Assembly: GCA_963693365.1 (NCBI GenBank)
Contig: CAVNZM010000001.1
Coordinates: 8,014,907-8,078,906 of the forward strand
Direction: 5' to 3'
From: Amoebidium appalachense
Lineage: Eukaryota; Protista; Ichthyosporea
DNA length: 64,000 nucleotides
The notes beneath the pieces are model-generated. The model did no database searches. It worked only from the letters and a program-made list of their open reading frames with translations, and was not told the DNA's origin. A program made the position numbers and the translations under genes. This document shows positions 30,341-55,449 of this stretch, piece by piece. Positions within the stretch are counted from its first letter, which is position 1, and the number at the start of each line of letters is the position of its first letter.

Positions 30341-30511
30341 AAGTACGGCAAAATAAGGAAGTTGTGTATATGTATGGTGGTGGAGAGGGTTACGAGATAC
30401 ACACCAAAAGTCACCTGACTCAGTGGTATACGGTACACCTGCCTGTCCCTCCCTCCCCCCCCCCCCCCCCTCCCCCCCCCCAACAATCACACACACACAC
30501 ACACACGTACA

Positions 30512-30580
<69 letters not shown>

Positions 30581-30785
30581 GCGCATACACAAGCGCACGC
30601 GCACACACACACTCACAACAGCACATACATTACTACACACACACATATGTACACATATATATATTCCTACTTTTTACATATATATGGTTTTTTATAAATA
30701 GCGCAGACAGACGCAGTGCACACACACAAATACACACGCCGTGGTACATACATACACACGCACACAACACACCGCACCGTCACAC

Positions 30786-30881
<96 letters not shown>

Positions 30882-30883
30882 GT

Positions 30884-30991
<108 letters not shown>

Positions 30992-30993
30992 GT

Positions 30994-31045
<52 letters not shown>

Positions 31046-33426
31046 CACACACCACTCACTCACTCAGTCACACACGCACTCACATAAAGAAGCGCTACGG
31101 GAATATTCCTATGTGCTTTTTTTAAAAAACTATATTTTAGAAAGAGTAGGAATATCGCAATCTCAAAATATTATGATTATCCGATGGCATGTGTGCTGGA
31201 TCTTCCACCTCTATCTACATAGATCCCCGGATCCGCGGGTACTACAGGCTGTGTCATGAACACAGCGGAATGAGCGGATACACTGTACGCACACTAAAAT
31301 TAGTACGTTCGTTTTTCACTGGCAACTGCAACAGAGCAGTATACTTGCAAATGCATCCCTTCTACTCGTACACTCTTGCAACAGCACAAGGTAAACGGCT
31401 CAGATATATACAAATACTAATTCCCAGCCTCGGTCGGAGGCTGGGTCTTTTTGGAGATAGAGAGGGGTATGGGGGGAGCAAGGACTGAACGGTTTGCCGG
31501 CAATCAGCCAGCGAAATGGATGGATCGCGGCACCAATCAGGTGCGCGGATCTAGCCGGATCTAGGAGAGCGCGGCGTTTCCTTTTGGTCCTCTTGGCCAA
31601 TCAAAAGCCTTGGAAAAAAAGCAAAGCCTTACAGGGCAAAATCTCCTGGTGATATGTGATTGCAAATGGCATTATGTGATTGGTGCATTGAGCGTTAGAT
31701 CACTTGTCGACAATTGTACATTGCTAATTGGCCAGGGGGACTTTAATCGAATTAAATCATAGAAAGTGCAGGCGCATGGATCTATACAACATGTGATCAT
31801 CTGCCAATCACCTTTTCTACCGAGATCTGCAACACGATACCGCTCGCTGGAGCAATGTATTCCGCTTCGTGACGCCCTAATACGAGATTGCAATCGATCG
31901 AAGATACTGGATGGTTCTGGCGAGGCGAGCGAAGCGAGCGTCGCCGGGGCGAGCGCCGGCGAGGCTCTTGGCGAGGCTCGGCAGCGAGCCCGGCCGACCG
32001 AGGCTGGGCGATAGCGATATGGCGTAGCCATCGAGCTCATTTTTCCCAATCTCGGTCAGAAAAGGTCACTGGCTGCATTTGATTGGCTGCGCTGGAAAAC
32101 GCAGTAGGCCGTCGAATGTGGCTGGGCCTCCGGCAGTGTCCACGCAATGAAAAGTGTGTAAACCCGAAAAGGTACGGTCTCGTGACCAAAAGCAGTTAGA
32201 TCTATGAGCATGTGATCGTTTGCCAATCGCTATGCGCTTCAAGATGTAGAGCACGATCATCCTGTTGGGCAAGTTGTGACCTATAGGGTTTGGGTCTTTG
32301 GAGATAGGGAGGAGTATGGGAGGAAGATCTGGCGATCGTGACAGATTGGCGATTATAACAGATTAGCCTCAATCGGCTTTTTCGAAAGCTCTAATCTTGG
32401 ATTCTAAAGATGTCGGTTTACACGGTAAAGATGTCACGCAAGTCTCTGGCCATGCAGCACGTGGCGAGCGGAGCGAGCCACGCTAGGGCGAGCCTCGGGC
32501 CAAGCGCAGCGACGCCCGAAAGCGCGCCTGACTCTTCAGCAATCAGTGACTGCAAAAATCGGAAAAGTCACATCATGGGAGAACCCTTCTTTGCTAATCA
32601 GAAACTTTGAAGTTAGGCTTATACCCTACAGTGTACACAAAATCATATTCTAACCGAGATTGGGCTTACATCGTCATGGGGAGCCCATTAGATCGTTTAT
32701 AATTATATAGTAGCATCCTGTTGTCCACATCATGTTAATTCCGGATCCCGCGTGTGCGGATATCGATTTGAATCGATATTTTTTTTGTAGAGCCGGGTTA
32801 CTCCAGTAGACAAGGACGGTAAGCTAGAATAGCTCATCTTGATAGAAGTTTTCATGAGCATTTTCAAAAAAAATTGGGGTGGTGGAACTTCTTTGTATAT
32901 CTTTGCCTTGTAGGAAACAACCAACTTGAATTGTTAGGCTTTCATAGTCGGATAGCTTAGTCGGATAGGATCTGGACAAAGATATGCGGTTATTTTGCTC
33001 AGGTATGCAGTGTTGAATACCTAAGGCACCCTACACCAACGAATTTCATTTCTGGCATTCAATTTTCATATTAGAATGTCGACTTGCCAATACTGCACGC
33101 CATTGCAAGGGTGCACCAAGAAACGAAGGTCTAAACCTATACCTTGATGGTTCATGCCTGTGCTTGTAATCTTATGCCATGCATGTATACTGAGCTTTTT
33201 TTTTTGACATCTTTGTGCGGGCCGAGCCCGGTCCTATGATAGCTTGGAAAAAGGATTTTTTTTAAAAAAAACATTTTACCCGCTTTTTGAAATATTTTTC
33301 TAGCTGGGGGGATTGTATTTTTATCCACAAGTATATGTTCACGATGCCATCAGCTCCGGCCACACACACATCAACCTACTGAGTGAGCGGGGCCACTGTG
33401 CACGTTTGTTTGTGTAGGACTTGAAA

Positions 33427-44693
<11,267 letters not shown>

Positions 44694-45525
44694 ACGGAGC
44701 AATGAAGTCCTGTTCAAAGCTAAGCGATAAGGTTTAAAGCTCAAAGCTATGCGATATTTGATTCGTAGTTTTGGGTTCTTTGATGATTGGAGGGTCACGA
44801 AGCTCCATGTGGGCTAGTGTCCCCCTATGAGTTAAAAAATAATGTTTAAATAATTAATTTATGCAATGAGATTTAGGCCGGCATGCTAACTTGGAATATA
44901 GCGCTAAGAGTAGCCAACGGAATTAGATTGGCATTTATACTTATTAATTTAGCGGCACGATTGGCAAATGATGAAGTTATTAGGCTATTTATAATATTAT
45001 CTAAATAGTTATCAATATTGTCGTCAAATGAAACTGTTAGCCTAATGATGCCGGCAACAAGATAATGGCATCATAATGTCTGAAGCCGTGGACTTAAGTG
45101 TCAGCAGATCTGGTTGGCGGCCATGCATCCCCTTACTAATAAACTGTACAACCTTTATCCCCATCTGTCTGCCTCCTAATTCCTTCCCCATCCTTATAAC
45201 ATAACCCAACCGAATATAAAACGTTTGGATTAGATGTCCCCCCCCCCCCCCCGCGTGCCTGCCCGCCCGCCCGGTGCATGATGTGAACAAATTGTTGGAG
45301 GGTGATTTTGGTTTGTATTCGACGAGAATTGGGGTCTAGGGAAGCCCTGTTTTTTGTAGGACCGCTCGCGATCGATTCCCCGCCTTCTGTCCTCGGGCCC
45401 TCACGCCCTCATCATAGAGTCCCCACACGAGATATTATTTATCCTACTGGCACTTCACATATACCCCATCTATGAATGTTATTTTTCTAAACATTAGTTA
45501 GTGGTGCGTAGAGGCATAATACACC

Positions 45526-45940
45526 ATGTTTAAATCAACGGGAAGGAGCTCTAGGAGCAAGTCAGAGGAGCAGGAAAAGGAGGTGCCAGACTACAAACTG
45601 GTGCCACCTTCTTTGCCCGTCGATAAGTACCCGTATATGGGTACGATAACAAAGAATCACGAAGGAAACCCATACAAATGCCACGACTTTGGTGGCCCAT
45701 GGTTCGTGTTGCTGGCACATGATGGTGAACAGGATGTTTAATAATGGCAAACACTAGCTGATTATGAGGATTTTGACGATGACGACAGTGGCCCTGCAAC
45801 GCCTATGCTACAGGCGGAGCCAGAGGTGGGGGCTGATGTGTGGATACCAGGGGTACAAATTGGGGTGGGGGAATTTTCGTGGGTGTGAACAGTGCAGTGC
45901 AAGCACCCAGAGGAAGCAAGAGGTAAAGTACCCTACCCAC
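45526..45940 (+). pseudogene. Degenerate coding fragment with a possible SWIM zinc finger (Mutator/MULE transposase-like remnant)
   Basis: Removing one G near 45691 gives P[Y]KCHDFVAHGSCCWHMMV, which fits SWIM CxC..DF...G..CxH if the first Cys has mutated TGC to TAC. In-frame stops follow. Confidence 0.3.
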
Positions 45941-46742
45941 CATGTCTTCAACTTGTTTTTGACTGCTGCAGTATGCAGGACCGTACCGTCAGACCGTGCA
46001 GCCCCGGCCCCACCTGCCGGGCCACCCACTGGCCAGAAGCTAATAATAGCTGCCGCACATGGCCCAGGCCACAGGCGCTGCCTGGGCCAGGCCTACAATA
46101 GGTGCCAGGACGGGATCCCGGCGGAACATACGGGAGTTACACCGAGCTTCGCCTTCGCCCCGCGGCCGATTGCCGATAGCGGCCACCGTGACGCATGCGC
46201 ATCTGGCTTTTGCGGCGCGGTCACTAATTCTTCAACGAGTGGGTCACTGGAAATAAGAGGTGCAAAGTATATAAGAAAATATACCGCTTCTCTTGGTGGC
46301 AATTACTTTCTTGTAGTGGGGCTGTTGAAAGCCACCATGGTCCAAAACGCCTATCAAGTTCAACGAAACACTGTCTGTTCAAACCCTGACTCCAAGTCAA
46401 TTTATCCTGAGGATCCAATCATAACTCTGGTAAACATCTCCACCAATGATATAGGCGCCTTGCACATTCCGATCTAGCCCAGGCTGCCCGGGTTATGGCA
46501 GCTTGCGGACTCACGGGAACTTCCTTGGCCATTTTTGACGCTAAATTGCTTGGGATAAATACCCCTAAACTTGATTAGGGCCGAATAAATGCCATTATAT
46601 GAGCATTCTTTTCCATTTTCAGGCCTTTATTGTTTTTATGTGAAATAAAAGTGCGCAAGCCTCCCGGCAGACCTGTCCCACGTGTATTCTCATCCAATCA
46701 AAACTTGAAACAAAGTGCTCTGATTGGCTGACAAGGGCTGAC

Positions 46743-48359
46743 ATGCACGATTCTATGCAAGTTGGTGCACAATATGTTGGCTTTATTGATTGGAAAACTG
46801 CTTACGATTCTGTCTCCCCTGGTCTCCTATGGGAAAAGCTTGCTGCACGGGGTGTACCACACTGCATTGGTGTTCTGTTAGAAGCACTCTTGTCTCAAAC
46901 CTATGGTAGAGCTGTGGTTAATGGGCATCTTTCATATGGTTTTGCTCGTACTAGAGGTCTCTTGCAGGGTTCATTGCTTAGCCCCTTTTTGTTTAACCTA
47001 TTTATAGATGATTTGGCTGTCAAGATTTACGCCGAAAACGATGACCCTATTAATAACTTTCCGCCTGCACTTCTCTATGCTGATGATCTGTCCCTCCTTG
47101 CCCGTACCCCTAGACGCCTGCAAAGATTGTTCGATGTAGTGTCAGAGTGGTGCAAGGCAAACCTTATGATCCTTAACATAGACAAATGTGGTGTTCTTGT
47201 ACCTGATATAGCTAACAATTTACACACATTTACATTATCATCTAAACCTGTACCTATAGTTCCAGAATACAAATATCTTGGTGTTCCGGTTGATTCTGTT
47301 GGTGTTATGTTTCCCCATATGGTCGAAAAGAGGGTAGAGTTGGCTCGTAAGCGGTTAGCTTTCTTCTCGGCTAATATTTTTAAAGACACACCCCTCCATC
47401 CTTCTATTAGACTTACATTTATTCGCACTTTTGTCTTCCCGGCATGTGAATATGGTTTACCCCTTCTCGCCGCCTGGATCAAGAAAGAGAGAACTAGAGC
47501 GCTTAAACCCTTGGCAAATTTCCTTGAAGCAGAAGTTGCCTCCTTTCTATCTAACAACTGTTGTAAACCTGGGCCTGTAACGCTCTCGATATATGGTCTG
47601 GTCCCAATAGCTGCTAGAGTATCCTATCTCGCGCTAAAATTCAATAAGCACATAAGCCGCTTAAAGAAGTATTTGCCCTCCCACCCTCTCTTCTCTATCC
47701 GACCTGTCCCCTCCTCACCTCTCCCCTCTTTCCTCCCCTCTCTCTCCCCTTCTCCCCTGGGCACAAATACAAATAAACCCCGCAATAGTGTGTGTGTGAC
47801 TTTGGACTGCCACTTACTTATTAAACATGTACACAATCACAAGATAATCACGCAATATAACAAATGGAAAAAGATACCACACGACACTAGACCCGATGAA
47901 AGCATACACCTTGAAAAACTAAGCCTTATGTCTCGTTTTATATATACTGACCGCCTCAACCATATTGCCAAATATGGCACTCGCAAGTGTATAACACCTA
48001 AATACATATCACCTTCCTGTAGAACTGGTCTTTCTCTAGCTGATGGTATTATTGATCAATTACCACGCTTTTACTGTACACGTGCTATACAGTGGAGATC
48101 TAATAAGTATAAGGTGGCATCATTTGCATGCCCAAACAACACACACACACACCAGTTTAACCGGTCATGTATCGCCAAATGTAGTTTGATAGACCACATA
48201 ATACCGCAACACACACACGTCACATTCACAACAGACACCCAGAAAGATAGCCTACCTGTAAATTACAACATCCTTGATTTTATACTAAACACGCGTAACT
48301 ACGACCTGTTTATTAGATGTATTGATTGGCTTGAGAAACACATCACTACAAAATTATAG
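46743..48359 (+). CDS. Reverse transcriptase of a non-LTR retrotransposon (N-terminally truncated), 538 aa
   Basis: Non-LTR RT motifs FIDWKTAYDSV, RGLLQGSLLSPFLFNLFIDDL, LLYADD, LNIDKC and YKYLGV; C-terminal Cys/His cluster CPNNTHTHQFNRSCIAKC. No endonuclease domain or early RT motifs upstream. Confidence 0.92.
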   Translation: MHDSMQVGAQYVGFIDWKTAYDSVSPGLLWEKLAARGVPHCIGVLLEALLSQTYGRAVVNGHLSYGFARTRGLLQGSLLSPFLFNLFIDDLAVKIYAENDDPINNFPPALLYADDLSLLARTPRRLQRLFDVVSEWCKANLMILNIDKCGVLVPDIANNLHTFTLSSKPVPIVPEYKYLGVPVDSVGVMFPHMVEKRVELARKRLAFFSANIFKDTPLHPSIRLTFIRTFVFPACEYGLPLLAAWIKKERTRALKPLANFLEAEVASFLSNNCCKPGPVTLSIYGLVPIAARVSYLALKFNKHISRLKKYLPSHPLFSIRPVPSSPLPSFLPSLSPSPLGTNTNKPRNSVCVTLDCHLLIKHVHNHKIITQYNKWKKIPHDTRPDESIHLEKLSLMSRFIYTDRLNHIAKYGTRKCITPKYISPSCRTGLSLADGIIDQLPRFYCTRAIQWRSNKYKVASFACPNNTHTHQFNRSCIAKCSLIDHIIPQHTHVTFTTDTQKDSLPVNYNILDFILNTRNYDLFIRCIDWLEKHITTKL

Positions 48360-48377
48360 CGCACGCGCACACACACA

Positions 48378-48430
<53 letters not shown>

Positions 48431-48470
48431 CCAGCTGATACCGAGTGTCCCGAGGAGAGCCCCTTTATAA

Positions 48471-48510
<40 letters not shown>
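46743..48510 (+). mobile_element. 5'-truncated LINE-like element with (CA)n 3' UTR and poly-A tail
   Basis: Uninterrupted RT ORF, then (CA)n at ~48368-48429, then AATAAA running into ~38 A (48473-48510). No TSD identified; 5' boundary approximate. Confidence 0.85.
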
Positions 48511-48511
<1 letters not shown>

Positions 48512-48712
48512 GGGGAACCCCAACTAATTGATTTCTCCTTATAGTCTTTATGGTGTCTCGTAGAGAAAGTAAACCCTGATATATAGTCACCACCCGACAT
48601 CTATGTACGTGATCATGATATACCGCTGAGGGGATATTCCGAGCAAACCCCCCCCCCCCATACCTGAGACTGGTTCTCTTTGCCTCGAGTAAACAGCGTA
48701 AACCCCCAATAT

Positions 48713-48720
48713 TATATAAA
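48713..48720 (+). promoter_or_regulatory. Putative TATA box of the GH114 gene
   Basis: TATATAAA about 155 nt upstream of ATG 48874; same octamer as in the FABP-like promoters. Confidence 0.45.
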
Positions 48721-48873
48721 CTTGCCTTCGCCATATCCGACCCACATCAAAACACCAAACAGCTCACACAAACACAAGCAACAAAATACATATCTACCAT
48801 AACGCCGCAGCCGTTTTCAGTTCTTTTGTGACCACACCAATCTTTTACACCCTTCACTAAATCAAAACCGAAA

Positions 48874-49664
48874 ATGCCATCAAGTCAAATGATCACACTT
48901 TTCCCGCCTGTGGCGCCTTTTCAGTTCTGCTTGCCGACAATGCCTCGGCTGCCTCCACCCAACGTGTTCGTCGTTCCACAAACCTTTCAACGGGCGCAAC
49001 ATGGGCCAACCTTGCGTGGGGCAACATCAACGACAGCCCCTCAGGAAAAGACGTCGTTTTTGTGGATATGGACAAGGGTAAGGGCTCTATCCCTTCGTAC
49101 AACGCGGCCGGTCAGACCGCCATCTGCTACATGAGCGCAGGCACGGTGGAGAGCTGGCGCTCAGACGCATCCGAACTCAAGCCCTACGTCAGCGAAAAGT
49201 CGAAGTACCCCGGCGAGTCTTGGCTGGACATCACCAAGTGGGAATCCTTCAAAGACATTATGGCTCAGCGTATGGACCGTGCTAAGGCTGCCGGTTGCGA
49301 CGGTATGGAAGCAGACAACGTAGACAGTTTCCAAAACGAATGTGTCCCCGGTGTCTCTTCGTCAACTTTGACGAGTGACGAGCTTGACTATGTCAGGTGG
49401 CTGGCAAGCACGGCGCACAACAAGGGACTGAAGATTGGCTTAAAGAACGCACTTGCGCTTATCGATGATGTTTCCGGCGATTTTGACTTTGGCATCAACG
49501 AGAGTTGCACTCGCTTCAACGAATGCAAGTACTACCAGGCTTTCCATAGCCAAGGAAAGGCCGTTTTTGGTGTTGAATACAGTGCGGGTTCAGCGGCGTG
49601 CTCCCAGGCATCCGAGTATGGTATTAGCATGAAGTACCAGTCTGGTGGGTGGAAGGATTGCTAA
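48874..49664 (+). CDS. Glycoside hydrolase family 114 (endo-alpha-1,4-polygalactosaminidase-like), intronless, with a 1-nt frameshift near 48903
   Basis: Motifs AICYMSAGTVESWRSD, YPGESWLDI, IMAQRMDRAKAAGCDGMEADNVD, LKIGLKN, FDFGINESC and KAVFGVEY. Adding one base near 48903 joins ATG 48874 to the catalytic frame and gives a signal-peptide-like N-terminus MPSSQMITLFxACGAFSVLLADNASA. Confidence 0.85.
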
Positions 49665-50719
49665 ACGTGCCCTAATTTCCCACCGAAAAACAAAGCCGCG
49701 GCGTGAGCGCGGCACTAACATGCATACATATATTCGTGAGGCAAAATAATATTGCATAGCAGTGTAAATAGTGAGACGAGTAAAATGCTCGTTGTATGCA
49801 GATGCATCTATGTTATGCAAGCAAATTATGAAAGATTGAATTGGCAAAGTAATAATGGCGCTGGCCGTCATTCTTTGGCAAAAGCAGAATAAAATACCGT
49901 GCTACTGAAACAGTTCAACTATCTCAACGTTCGTAAGTTAGAAAATACGCAAAACAAAAACAAAAACCGTTGCCACCACAAAAACGCGATTATGCACGCA
50001 GAAAAACGAACAGTTATTATCTTCCCTTCCTTCCTTCTTTGTACCTCCCACCTGTACATCTTCAAGCCTTGAAGACTTCAAGTTTTTTTTTTTGTTTCTT
50101 TTGTTTTTTTTTCCGGAAACGATTAAAATTACGTCTTGCTTGCATCCCCCCCTCCCCTCCCCCCCCTCCCCCCAACACACACACACACACAAGCATTTAC
50201 ACACCGACACACACACATGCAGCATACGCACTCACACATGTGCGCGCACACACACACACATGCCCACACACACACGCACACATATGCACGCACACACGCA
50301 CACGCACCCCACCCACACAAGCACACACGCACACACCCATACACACATATGCATCATACGCACGCACGCGCACGCACATACGCCCACACACGGGTGGCAT
50401 ATACGTACACAAACACCCAAGCAAACCACGTGCACACCACACGCACACACGCACACACATGCCCTCTCACACACCATGTGCATCGCCATAACACACCCAC
50501 ACACATACACGCAGGTACGCAGACACGCACACACACACACACCGGCACACACTACACACATACATAAGCAAGTGTCCTCACACACACAGCGCTAACACAG
50601 ATACACGAACATAAGCACATATACACACCCCACATGCACACACCTGCACACACACACGTACACACACACACACAAGCACACATGCACAAAACACACGCAC
50701 ACACGCACGCGCGCGCGTG

Positions 50720-50822
<103 letters not shown>

Positions 50823-51027
50823 CGCACACAGCCGTTGTACACTAACCAGGCCGCCAGTTTCCTGGTATCTGGACCTTCTTCAAATTTGATCTAGGCTTCA
50901 TCTGCACAGCCACGGGCCGTGAGAGAAAAGAGGCATTCTGTCGACGTCATTTTTTTGTTCCTCCATCCTCCTCCCCCCCCCCCCCCTCCCCCCCATTTTC
51001 GTTTTCTTTTTCCTTTCCTCTGTTTTT

Positions 51028-51117
<90 letters not shown>

Positions 51118-52074
51118 GTGTGTGCGCGCCTCTGTTCAGGGTGTGTGTGTGTGTGTTTGGGGGGGGGGGGGGGGGGGGGAGGGGGGGGGGGATGGGAGAA
51201 GCGGTTGTCCCAAAACGAATCCAACTTTTATTTGATGTTCTTGAGCCAGACGTTCTGCAGCATTGCATACATGAATACGAAACGTAACGGAAACATAAGG
51301 CAGAAACAAGTGAAGATGTACAAGAGCTATTTAGGCAGTTGGATATTTATGACTTGTCTGTCTGTGCTTGTGTCTATAATACGAACCATCGGGGTGTGGC
51401 TCAGTAAGAGGTGGTCTGTTAATAGGCTGCTAAACGAGTTGGTGTGTGAGTGTTACTACGATTGATTGCTTATTAGTTGTGTGGGTCTCTCTTAGGCAAC
51501 GATATGCATATACAACGTTGGGGAATCAAAGTTAGACAAGTGTCATAATTCGAAAGCAACTGCTTCTTCAGGGCATTCTACATTTCCGAGAACAAAACAA
51601 TCAAACGAGAACGGAACATCAATCATACTGGGTCGGTCCACACACTCTGGTGGGTGTGCTGAGGCCATATCTGCCCCCGTCGGACCTATTTGCGTGGTGC
51701 AACCAGGCAGGGTCAGATTATAATCCCACAACTGGTCTCCCTCCCCCCCCCCCCCCCCCCCCTGCTGTGGGTGTGGGTGTGGGTGTGTGTGTGGATGTGT
51801 AGTTGTTTGTGCATATTCAGTTTGCCTCGGCTTTTGTGGTGGGGTAGGAGGAGGAGGAGGATGTGTGTGTGTTTGGGGGGGGGGGGGGGGGGGGGGGGGG
51901 AGGTGGAAGAGGTGGAGGGGGGCCAGGCATAGCTGCCTAGAGTCCCTTTCTTTTTCCCTTTTCTTTTTCTTTTCTTTTCCTTTTACCCTTTTTTTTCCCC
52001 CTCCTTTTTTTTTTTTTTTTTTTTTTTTGGGATGGGAGAGAGAGAGAGGGAGGCCGGCGAGCAGGGGAGGAGGA

Positions 52075-52108
<34 letters not shown>

Positions 52109-52459
52109 ACATCAACATACACATTCACTATCCCCTTCTCAGCCATTAACATGGAGCAACAAGGACAGAAGAGCAACCACTGCCCCGCACATACATCTTT
52201 CAGTACCATACGGCTATATGCTCCTTCCTTCACCCTTACTGAAGAAAGGAGAGGGGGAAGAGAAGGATCGGGAGAGCTAGAAGACAGAAGGGTGGGTACA
52301 CAGTGTATGTGTGTGTATGTGTATGGATGTGCGTGTGCGTGCGCGAGTGCATGCGTGTGGTTGTGCTTATGTGTACAGATATGTGTGTGTATGCACGTGC
52401 GTGTGTGTCATCGCGCGCTCGTGCCTTAATGCACGTGTGTCTATGCGTGTGAATGTGCA

Positions 52460-52560
<101 letters not shown>

Positions 52561-53114
52561 GAAAGGATCACCTAACCCATGGGTCTGTTGCATAGATGTA
52601 TCTCCGCATGATGTCTGCACAAATAGAGAAAGAGGATGGGGATCTGGCTTGCATGCAACATTTGCTGCATGGTGGGAATGCGGAGGTCATCGATATTGAG
52701 ATCCACACTCCCATATGTAGCTAGGTCTAGAGTGACTAGATTAATCCCCCCTCCCTCCCCCCCCCCCCCCATCCCCCCCTCTTCCCCCATTTTCTTTCAT
52801 CCCCTCCCCCCCCCCCCCCCCCCCCCACCCACCCATCCACCCTCCTTCTCCCCTTTCTTGCGCCCTCCCTAACTTCCCCCCTTCCCGTCCCTCCCTGCAG
52901 GAAAATGACGCACACACATCTGTGGGCGCCCGCTTTATTGCCAACTTACACGACACACCTCTCGTGCCTCCTCCTCCAACCTACCTTCTTAGGGATAGAC
53001 AAGGCGAGAGAAGGAGGGTAAGGAAGGTGGGGGGGGGGGGGGGGGGGGTGGAGGGGGAGTGGGGGAGGGGGGGGAGGGGGAGGGGGAGGGAGGGGAGAGA
53101 GAGAGAGAGGGAGA

Positions 53115-53211
<97 letters not shown>

Positions 53212-54027
53212 AACGAAAGAGGAAGGGTGGAAGCGAGGGGGAGGGTGGGGCAGGGGGTTGGCTGCTGGGGGTTTGTTGGGGGGGTGGGAGGGGGTCTATA
53301 AGGAGAGAGAGAGAAAGGGGTAGGGAAAGGGGAGGAAAGAGAGGGCAAAGAGAGAGGTGGGGTGGGGAGAAGGGGGGGGGGGGGGTTGGGGGGGGGTGCA
53401 GAAGAAGGGATAAGAGGAAGAGAGAGAGAGAGATAGACAAAGGAAGAGGACCTCTCTCTGTTCTTGGTTTTTTGTTATTATTTTGTTTCATTTTCATTAT
53501 TGTTTGGTGCCTTTAAGACTTACTGCACTACACTCCCACCCCATCCCAACGCAACCAACCTTAACGCAAGCACCCGCATACACAAACCGTTAGTGCAATA
53601 TGTTTGCTCCACAGGCCGTGAAAAACGGTCTCTAGCTGATAGTATCGTGGGTTTCCCTAGTGGTTTACTAGCACAGTGGTCTCTTCAATGGCGTGGTAAT
53701 CGGTTCCTGATGTTTCCTAGTGGACGGTGGTGCCCTAGTGGGTCACACCCTTGGTGCCGTAGCTGTGCGGGCCGGTGTGTTGTGTTTCCCTTCGTTCCGT
53801 TAGCCACCCAGGCCTTCTTTTCTTCCACACTCCTCACCCACCTATCCACTTCTCGTCACCCTGCACAACACTTTACCATCATTGACTTCCTTCTTAACAC
53901 GAGTGATTTTCTCACTGCCCAACTTTGTTTCCAATAGCTGCGCGCTCACGTCACACACGTAATACAACCACCCTCCCAACCTGGTTAATTAGCTCCTTTT
54001 CTTTCTTCCCTTATTTCTTTCTCTCTT

Positions 54028-54060
<33 letters not shown>

Positions 54061-54733
54061 AGTTGTCTTAGATACTGTGTCTGTAAGGTGTGTGGCTTTA
54101 GCGGCCGTGGCCGTGTAGTAGGTACCACTAATAAGGGGTGGCTCCCGTCCAGTGATGTACATATATCATGCATATGGGGCACATGTTGTGTTTCCGGATT
54201 GGCCGGAGGGAGCGGCCAATAAAGTGCAATGATCCCACACATGTACAACGTCATCCATGGCCATCATATGCATGTACCAGATGTACACGTGCAGCATTAT
54301 TACTTCCAGCAACTGACAAATAACCACCCCAAGTGGCTGAGACATACCCGGTCCAGTGGCCCACTGCTACGGTTTTATCTTATTATCAACGGTTAGAATC
54401 AACATATTATAGCACTCGTGACATGCTCTCTGCTTTTAATATCACGGACTCTCCAGTCATCATACAACGTACAGCCTAACGCTTTCAACGGTGCACCACG
54501 AGCACCACCTAATATACATAACACTAGACCATCTGAGAGTAGTTATGCAAACAACCTCGTGCACGTGTGGACCAGCATACCAATTAATGCATATGGTTAT
54601 GCTATAATTATTGTGTTGGGCAGGGGCGTTATGTTGCACGCCATGCTTCTAGAGGGGTTGCAAGCGAGGGACTCCCTCCTTGTGAACACCAATTGATTCT
54701 ACAGGAATGGAGAAGTAGCCATGTGTCCCCCCC

Positions 54734-54770
<37 letters not shown>

Positions 54771-55311
54771 TACCTTCGAGACACACCACATGTTGTACCG
54801 TCACTCTGTGCTGCGTATGTATTTGATAATCATAAAAGGGGGGTGATGGACGGCTTCAAGCTAGCCCCAACCCGCACACTACTGAGCTCTAGTGTGTCTA
54901 CTTACATCGGCAGATGATGCCAGCTGTGTTGTTGTTCTTGGCATAAGAGCTCCCCTTTTGTATACACTGGCTGCTACCCACTACCTTGGTCCCAGCCAAT
55001 CAGCTCAGCTCACTTAGTCTAGACTACCAATAGACAATAGAGGTTCGACTATTCAATCCAAATACAGAGTCAATGCTCATGATACGCACTTCACAGGCAG
55101 GATAGCTCTCACGCTGCTTGATCACACACACACGCCGCGTCTCGCATGATCGATGACCTTCCTTGCACGGCCAAAGGGCACGGCTATACGACACCACAGA
55201 CACACCTCCCTCTTGAAGTCAGGGGAGGGAGAGGGGGAGGTTGCGAGGGAGGGGAAAGGGGGGGACGGGGGGGGGGGGGGGGGGGGGGGGGGGAGAGAGA
55301 GAGAGAGAGAG

Positions 55312-55449
<138 letters not shown>

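Noticed and set aside
45764-46477. 237-aa ORF
   Set aside because: No recognisable domain and it appears to run across a degenerate element; not called as a gene.
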